Below are positions 58,396-64,000 of a stretch of DNA of 64,000 nucleotides, piece after piece. Position 1 is the stretch's first letter; each line of letters opens with the position of its first letter. The position numbers and the translations under genes were made by a program. The notes below the pieces were generated by a model that worked only from the letters and a program-made list of their open reading frames with translations, was not told the origin of the DNA and did no database searches. The stretch spans positions 517-64,516 of the forward strand of contig CAZHOW010000015.1 in NCBI GenBank assembly GCA_964534395.1, written 5' to 3'. This DNA is from an uncultured Lishizhenia sp. Lineage in GTDB: Bacteria; Bacteroidota; Bacteroidia; Flavobacteriales_D; Crocinitomicaceae.

Positions 58396-59077
58396 AAGGT
58401 TTTTCTTTTGCATTGGAATCACATTGATTTCCAATTCGTTTTACAGCCAGGTTTCAACTTGGATGGGAATTGGGGTAAGTCATTCTTTTCATAAATTGTT
58501 CAATGCTGATTTAGGTTATGAATATCGTTTGAAAAATACGAGCGAATTTGATAAATCCAATGTGGAGTTGAAGTTTTCTCAAAATTGGCATAAAGGAATT
58601 GAGACATTTGTCAAATACAGAAATTCAATTGTGGGTAACAGAAATAGCGCTTTAAATTTAAAGCCATTTACTTATGATAATCGCGTAAGTTTTGGACTAG
58701 ATATTTCTTTTCTAAAGTTTTTAGATATCAAGCGAACAAAGCTAAATTGGGTAATTACGCAACAATTTGATAGTTATCAGTTCAAACGTAATTCGAGTAT
58801 GTTGAGAAATAAAATTCTCTTCAAACATGACGTCAAAGATTTTCCACTCTCTCCATTTGTTTCAGTGGAACACTTTTACAGGTGGAACCGTGATATTGTT
58901 TATGCAGATGATGAAATCATAATCTCAGGAGGAACTAACGCATGGCGTTATTTTATCGGAACAGACATTGAAATTTCCAAAAAACAGCGATTGATGTTAT
59001 CACTTGGTTTAAGAGATCGAGTTCTTTCAACCAATGATGCTTTTATTCTTCGGGTCAATTATAAGATTTCTATTTAA
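58382..59077 (+). CDS. Predicted outer-membrane beta-barrel protein (possibly DUF2490-like)
   Basis: ATG at 58382 gives MFFIRRFFFCIGITLISNSFYSQ (signal), followed by alternating amphipathic strands. Overlaps the lipoprotein gene end by 14 nt. Confidence 0.5.
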   Translation: MFFIRRFFFCIGITLISNSFYSQVSTWMGIGVSHSFHKLFNADLGYEYRLKNTSEFDKSNVELKFSQNWHKGIETFVKYRNSIVGNRNSALNLKPFTYDNRVSFGLDISFLKFLDIKRTKLNWVITQQFDSYQFKRNSSMLRNKILFKHDVKDFPLSPFVSVEHFYRWNRDIVYADDEIIISGGTNAWRYFIGTDIEISKKQRLMLSLGLRDRVLSTNDAFILRVNYKISI

Positions 59078-59088
59078 TTTGGGGAGTT

Positions 59089-59442
59089 TTAGTCCTCAAT
59101 CACAACCGCGACTGAATCCACATCACCATTAATAGGCGGTGTTAGCTTCGTGATTTTTACGGAAAGTTCAAAAACTCCCTTCAATTCATTTTTAATTCGA
59201 GAGAAAATCCGCTGACCAACGGTTTCAATTAATTTCGAACGAATCGCCATTTCTTCCTTGACAATTGCATTTACATAGACGTAATCGACCGTTTTAGATA
59301 AATCATCGCTATTTGCAGCTTCGGAAAAATCGGTAACAATGGTTACGTCGACAACGTAATGACCTCCAATTCGGGCTTCTTCTTCCAAGCATCCGTGGAA
59401 GGCGTATAACTTTATGCCGTTAACCTCGATTTTATGCTTCAT
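59089..59442 (-). CDS. folB: Dihydroneopterin aldolase
   Basis: 117 aa. LYAFHGCLEEEARIGGHYVVDV and DYVYV motifs typical of FolB. Confidence 0.85.
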   Translation of the reverse strand: MKHKIEVNGIKLYAFHGCLEEEARIGGHYVVDVTIVTDFSEAANSDDLSKTVDYVYVNAIVKEEMAIRSKLIETVGQRIFSRIKNELKGVFELSVKITKLTPPINGDVDSVAVVIED

Positions 59443-60961
59443 TGAGAATTTCAGTGATTTTCTTTAAACCAAGTTCGATGCGAGCAATCACCTCATCTTT
59501 ACCAAGAAATGCTGAAATGTCAAACATTCCCGGACCAGCGCCCACTCCCGTTACGGCTAAACGGAAAGGCAACAAAACAGCACCGATTCCCATTTGCTTT
59601 CGCTCTAAAAACGCTTTGAACGCAGTCTCTACATTGGTTGAATTGAAATCACTGATTTGAGCAAGTTCATTTTTCCATTCTTCAATTACCGCCGTCGTTT
59701 CTGGTTTCCACTTTTTAGAAATGGTTTCACGATCGAATACGGTAGGACGCCCCAACAAATAAGCTCCATCCGTTAAAATATCTTGAGCAAACGTAGCACG
59801 CTCTTTCATCAAATGACAAACTGCTTTTAGTGTTTCGAAATCGTATTCATTCTCAGAAATTTCTTGCAATTTCAACGCGATTTCGTCATCGGATTGTGCC
59901 CGCAAATATTGTTGTTGGAACCATTTCGTTTTTTCAGGATCAAATTTAGCTCCCGCTTTCGAAACGCGATCCAATGAAAATGCTTCAACTAATTCGTCTA
60001 AAGTGAAAATTTCTTGTGTCGTTCCAGGATTCCAACCTAAAAGTGCCAACATGTTAATGAAAGCTCCAGGCAAGTATCCTTTTTCTCGGTAACCAGAATA
60101 CAATTCACCTTCGGAAGTCGTCCAATCCGTTGGAAAAACTGGGAACCCAAGTCGGTCACCGTCTCTTTTCGATAATTTTCCGTTTCCATCCGGACGCAGC
60201 AACAAAGGTAAATGTGCAAATTCAGGACAATCCCAACCAAACGCTTCATACAACATCACGTGCAGTGGCGCTGACGGCAACCATTCCTCACCACGAATGA
60301 CGTGACTGATTTCCATCGTATGATCGTCCAAAATATTTGCCAAGTGATACGTCGGCATTCCATCGCTTTTGAAAAGCACTTTATCGTCCAAATTATTTGT
60401 ATTCACAACCACCCAACCACGAATGATATCGTGAAAACGAATATCACGATTTCTCGGCATTTTCATTCGTATAACGTATGGTTCACCTTCGGCTAGCAAG
60501 CGATCAACTTCTGTTTGAGGCAAAGTCAACGAATTTCGCATGGAGGTTCGGGTAACACTGTTGTATTGCCAATTGGGCATACCCATTTTTTTGGCTTGCT
60601 CACGCATGTTTTCCAATTCTTCAGCGGAATCAAACGCATAATATGCTTTTTCCTCTTTAACTAATTGCTCGGCGTAAGGCTGGTACATCGCTTTTCGTTC
60701 AGATTGCACGTATGGACCGAAATTTCCTCCTAGTCCTGGACCTTCTGTTGGCATAATGCCACACCATTTCAACGCATCCATGATGTATTCTTGAGCGCCA
60801 GGCACAAAACGAGTTTGATCTGTATCCTCGATTCGAATCAAAAATGTTCCGTTATTCTTTTTAGCAAAAAGGTAATTATACAAGGCTGTTCGAACTCCAC
60901 CCATGTGAAGCGGACCTGTTGGTGACGGGGCAAATCTTACGCGAACCGGTTTTTGTGACAT
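59432..60961 (-). CDS. gltX: Glutamate--tRNA ligase
   Basis: VRVRFAPSPTGPLHMGG (HIGH-type) and KLSKR (KMSKS-type) motifs. ATG at 60961 preferred over the TTG at 60979. Confidence 0.95.
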   Translation of the reverse strand: MSQKPVRVRFAPSPTGPLHMGGVRTALYNYLFAKKNNGTFLIRIEDTDQTRFVPGAQEYIMDALKWCGIMPTEGPGLGGNFGPYVQSERKAMYQPYAEQLVKEEKAYYAFDSAEELENMREQAKKMGMPNWQYNSVTRTSMRNSLTLPQTEVDRLLAEGEPYVIRMKMPRNRDIRFHDIIRGWVVVNTNNLDDKVLFKSDGMPTYHLANILDDHTMEISHVIRGEEWLPSAPLHVMLYEAFGWDCPEFAHLPLLLRPDGNGKLSKRDGDRLGFPVFPTDWTTSEGELYSGYREKGYLPGAFINMLALLGWNPGTTQEIFTLDELVEAFSLDRVSKAGAKFDPEKTKWFQQQYLRAQSDDEIALKLQEISENEYDFETLKAVCHLMKERATFAQDILTDGAYLLGRPTVFDRETISKKWKPETTAVIEEWKNELAQISDFNSTNVETAFKAFLERKQMGIGAVLLPFRLAVTGVGAGPGMFDISAFLGKDEVIARIELGLKKITEILNEA

Positions 60962-61020
60962 CTGAAAAATTTTCGGCAAAGATAATCGAATTTCAGAGAA
61001 TTAGTTGCTGACGGGTCGTC

Positions 61021-61962
61021 TTAAGGAACGCAATACAGCGTATCATACCAAGGTGAAAATCCTGCCCAAATTCCCAATGCTCCACCTGTCAAATTAGTTG
61101 GGATATTTATTGGCGTTGAATACGGATTATCGCTTGATTCCATTTGTGCGGATTTTTTATCAAAAAAATCGTAGGTTTTCTTATCCATTTTGGAAAATTT
61201 CACAACGACTGAATCTCCTAATCGGTAATATCGTTTGTAGATTTCCAGGTGCGTGCTGTCCTTTCTTTTGAGTGGATTTTGATAATAAAAATCAAAGGTC
61301 AAACCATCAAAATACCTATCCTCGCGATATGCGCCAAAACCGCGCCGAAATGTTTGATCCAAATCTTCCCCATTAACCTTGTTTATTCTTCGAACTTCCC
61401 ACTTGTAAGCGTCAAATTGTCCGGGTGGATCTTGAAGTCTCGCCCAAGAATAACCATATTCACCAGTTTCAGGTTCCAATTTCCAATAGATTGATTGAAG
61501 AGGAGTTGGTGCAGGCAGATACGTTTTAGCAGTGTAATTTTTTCCTTGGTGATCGATGATTAATTCATAGGTCTTTTCAGCTTGTGCAATTAAACTTGTA
61601 GAAGAATAAACGCGAATAGGTAATTGAAGTAACTCAGACCATTCAATGCGCAGCATTTCAGCCAATTTTTTCTGTGATGAAACAGGAAGATCTGTTGATA
61701 AGATATAATCAAGTTGGAATGTATCGTTTTCAACTACCACTTTCACATCTGCATCCGAGACAAACGAATTGACATAAGCAGTAATGTATGATTCTGAATA
61801 AATATTTGCAGATTGAGACAAAATCACGATTGGATGCCCTCCCGCCTCAATGTTTCCATCCACAACAAGCTGTTGTTTGTAGCCTGGAATATCAATTTTC
61901 ACCTCTTTCGTGCAGGAGAAAAAAAAGAGTATTAAAAATAAAAAGGCGAAAATTCGATGCAA
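61021..61962 (-). CDS. DUF4249-like lipoprotein
   Basis: 313 aa. Lipobox FFFSCTKE, then IDIPGYKQQLVVDGNIEAGGHPIVILSQS, typical of DUF4249 as I remember it. Only a TTG start is available. Confidence 0.6.
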   Translation of the reverse strand: MHRIFAFLFLILFFFSCTKEVKIDIPGYKQQLVVDGNIEAGGHPIVILSQSANIYSESYITAYVNSFVSDADVKVVVENDTFQLDYILSTDLPVSSQKKLAEMLRIEWSELLQLPIRVYSSTSLIAQAEKTYELIIDHQGKNYTAKTYLPAPTPLQSIYWKLEPETGEYGYSWARLQDPPGQFDAYKWEVRRINKVNGEDLDQTFRRGFGAYREDRYFDGLTFDFYYQNPLKRKDSTHLEIYKRYYRLGDSVVVKFSKMDKKTYDFFDKKSAQMESSDNPYSTPINIPTNLTGGALGIWAGFSPWYDTLYCVP

Positions 61963-61967
61963 AATCC

Positions 61968-62873
61968 TTACTTAACTTCAACTAAGTTAGGGATAAATAA
62001 TCCACGCTCAAAATCGATATCGATTCGTCCCAAATTTACCCCAGCCCAACCAACTTGATTGATGACAACAGGATTTCCAAAGCTGTTTTTTTCGATGGTT
62101 GGTTTATCCAAAAAAGTGTGGGAATGTCCCCCAAGAATTAAATGAATAAACTCGGTTTTGGAAGCTAATACGCGATCGGAAACTTTCGACGAATTCGGGT
62201 AATCATAACCCAAATGGGAGAGACAAATCACTAAATCACACCCTTTTGAATTGAGCTCCATCGAAATTCTATTCGCAGTGTCAATTGGATCGAGGTATTT
62301 CGTCTTTCCAAATTTATCGTCTGGCACAAGCCCTTTGAGCTCCACTCCAATTCCAAAAACGCCAATTTTAAGACCACCTTTTTTGAAAATCTTGTAAGGT
62401 TGGTTTTGATCTTTTAGAATTGTCTCGGAAAAATCGTAATTGGCACAAAGAAATGGGAAATTGGCAAAGCGTTTGGCATTTAAAAATCCATCCAAGCCGA
62501 TGTCGAAGTCGTGATTCCCCATCGTTGCTGCGTCGTAGCCCATGGTTGACATCAATTTCATTTCCAACTCACCGTGAAAGGTATTGAAGTATGGTGTTCC
62601 TTGAAAAATATCACCGCAATCTAATAGTAGTACATGATCCTCTTCGCTTCTGATTTTTTGAATTAAACTATGTCTTTTCGCAACGCCACCCATTCCTGGG
62701 AATTTTGAATGATTAGCTGGAAATGGCTCGATGTGTGAATGCGTATCGTTGGTGTGTAAAATCACCAATTTTGATTTTCGAATAGAATTGGATTTCTGTC
62801 CGAATGAAAATTTACTCAGTGCAAGTGCACCTGAAGTTAGCGTTAAATTTCTTAGAAATCTTCTTCTTTCCAC
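61968..62873 (-). CDS. Tat-exported metallophosphoesterase (5-prime-nucleotidase N-terminal-domain type)
   Basis: 301 aa. GTG start with the twin-arginine signal ERRRFLRNLTLTSGALAL. Metallophosphatase motifs HTNDTHSH, DCGDIFQG, GNHDFD, GGHSH. Confidence 0.85.
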   Translation of the reverse strand: MERRRFLRNLTLTSGALALSKFSFGQKSNSIRKSKLVILHTNDTHSHIEPFPANHSKFPGMGGVAKRHSLIQKIRSEEDHVLLLDCGDIFQGTPYFNTFHGELEMKLMSTMGYDAATMGNHDFDIGLDGFLNAKRFANFPFLCANYDFSETILKDQNQPYKIFKKGGLKIGVFGIGVELKGLVPDDKFGKTKYLDPIDTANRISMELNSKGCDLVICLSHLGYDYPNSSKVSDRVLASKTEFIHLILGGHSHTFLDKPTIEKNSFGNPVVINQVGWAGVNLGRIDIDFERGLFIPNLVEVK

Positions 62874-62957
62874 AATCGATTTTCAATAGGCGTAAAGATA
62901 AAAATGTAAAATGAAATTCAGGTAAAATCGATGTTAAGAAAGAAACGAAATTAACTT

Positions 62958-63968
62958 TTATCCTAAATAAGCTTTTAAAAACTGATTTATACTTGCTTCG
63001 CGTGTAGCTCTATCTTTGATGATTTGGGAATTTATCGAAATACATTGTTCTCGATTAATTTTTAAGGCATCCACAATCGGATTTTTACCATTCATTTCAA
63101 TCACACCATTCTCATTTTGACGAATCCATTCCTGAGAGACCGGCAAGTCAGAAACAATCGGGATACATGAAGCCGACATTGCCTCCAATAAACTAACGGA
63201 AGTTCCATCGCTTGAAGGAATTGAAATGTAAATCGAAGATTTTGTGTACCACCGTCTATTTTCCTCTTTTTGCTGCCAACCAACAAATTCAATCTTGGAT
63301 TCGATTTCAAGATCTTTTACACGTTTTTTAAGTTTTCTAGTTTCACTTCCTGTTCCTGCAATGACTAATTTCCAATCGGAATTCGTTTTCGAAAATTCAG
63401 CAAAATAGGCAATGATTTGATCAATCCGATAAAGTGGTTCGTGCAGGCGATTCGAATAAATAATTTTTTCCTTTTCAGCTGATTCAATTGGGTCAATTCC
63501 ATATTGAAGAAGCAGATATTTCTCTTCGTTCACAATTGATTTCATCGCTGAAATCATATCCTTGGAATCAGCTGTTACGGCATCGGAATTTTTTAAAGTT
63601 GACCAAACAATGAATTTATACAAGATATTTTTCTTCGGCATTAGCAAGACATCGCTTCCCCAAGCCGTTGATACAACTCGAATGTTTAAGGATTTCGCAA
63701 TTTTAGCGACCACGAAGGCCAATCGATTTACTTGATGGATGTGAATAATATCAGGCTTCAATGCTTGAATTAGTCTTTTAACTTTAAAATAATTTTTAAT
63801 GACTTTCCAAGGTTTAAGTTGACGAAATGAGATTACAAATTCCTCAATTACGCCTTCAAAATCACAAGCTTCTTCAGAAAGCAAATAAATGTCCTTTTCT
63901 CTTTCTTTTAATGCTGAGAGGTAAGAAGAAACATGCACCGACTTGGGTCCGACTTGCAAAATTTTCAT
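62958..63968 (-). CDS. GT-B fold glycosyltransferase (GT4/GT1-like)
   Basis: 336 aa. N-terminal MKILQVGP..VH, C-terminal EGTSVSLLEAMSASCIPIVSD nucleotide-sugar binding motif. Confidence 0.75.
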   Translation of the reverse strand: MKILQVGPKSVHVSSYLSALKEREKDIYLLSEEACDFEGVIEEFVISFRQLKPWKVIKNYFKVKRLIQALKPDIIHIHQVNRLAFVVAKIAKSLNIRVVSTAWGSDVLLMPKKNILYKFIVWSTLKNSDAVTADSKDMISAMKSIVNEEKYLLLQYGIDPIESAEKEKIIYSNRLHEPLYRIDQIIAYFAEFSKTNSDWKLVIAGTGSETRKLKKRVKDLEIESKIEFVGWQQKEENRRWYTKSSIYISIPSSDGTSVSLLEAMSASCIPIVSDLPVSQEWIRQNENGVIEMNGKNPIVDALKINREQCISINSQIIKDRATREASINQFLKAYLG

Positions 63969-64000
63969 TTTGTGATTTTATGAATAAGTTGAGCCAATTT

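Noticed and set aside
1-64000. Search for a mobile element, prophage, CRISPR array or defence island
   Set aside because: There are no transposase, integrase, recombinase, Cas, restriction-modification or toxin-antitoxin-like ORFs, and no long terminal or spaced direct repeats. Gene content is predominantly housekeeping or cell envelope.

Overview
Low-GC chromosomal window that reads as core genome of a Bacteroidota (Flavobacteriia-like) organism. Supporting signs are T9SS C-terminal sorting domains, a Bat/MoxR aerotolerance-type operon, alternative complex III genes, DUF1573/DUF4249-type proteins, and many abutting or overlapping genes. All family names come from motif recognition by eye and from memory; no homology search was possible.

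Gene content, left to right:
- actB (open at the window edge, absent from the ORF track) and actA of alternative complex III.
- A SPOR protein, then thiL, crcB, a PAP2 phosphatase, obg, adk, hpt.
- A complete dcw cluster on the + strand: mraZ-rsmH-ftsL-ftsI-murE-mraY-murD-[orphan ORF]-ftsW-murG-murC-ftsQ-ftsA-ftsZ-yqeY.
- mtnB-mtnD-mtnC, then two DUF1573 proteins.
- feoA-feoB-[48-aa Cys-rich ORF]-corA.
- lysC, gpsA, a LOG-family protein, a glycosyltransferase and an O-antigen-ligase-like protein.
- The 8-gene moxR-DUF58-x-batA-batB-batC-batD block.
- A zinc-ribbon protein, then a 497-bp ORF-free convergent spacer.
- A 1485-aa T9SS surface protein with a polyglycine-rich module, then an 820-bp AT-rich divergent spacer.
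- A membrane-anchored unknown protein, and a zinc-ribbon/coiled-coil/nuclease-like protein (DUF2130-like).
- An alpha/beta hydrolase broken by one in-frame TAA.
- A CotH-like T9SS protein with a lipoprotein and a beta-barrel partner.
- folB, gltX, a DUF4249-like lipoprotein, a Tat-exported metallophosphoesterase and a glycosyltransferase.

I see no rRNA, tRNA, CRISPR array, transposase, integrase or recognisable defence island.

Nothing here is an unambiguous novel system. The best leads are:
1. The orphan ORF translationally coupled to ftsW.
2. The polyglycine module of the giant T9SS protein and its repeat-containing upstream region.
3. The GC-rich long hairpin in the ORF-free spacer.
4. The DUF2130-like putative nuclease.
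5. The CotH three-gene unit.
6. The GTGG direct-repeat boxes upstream of mraZ.
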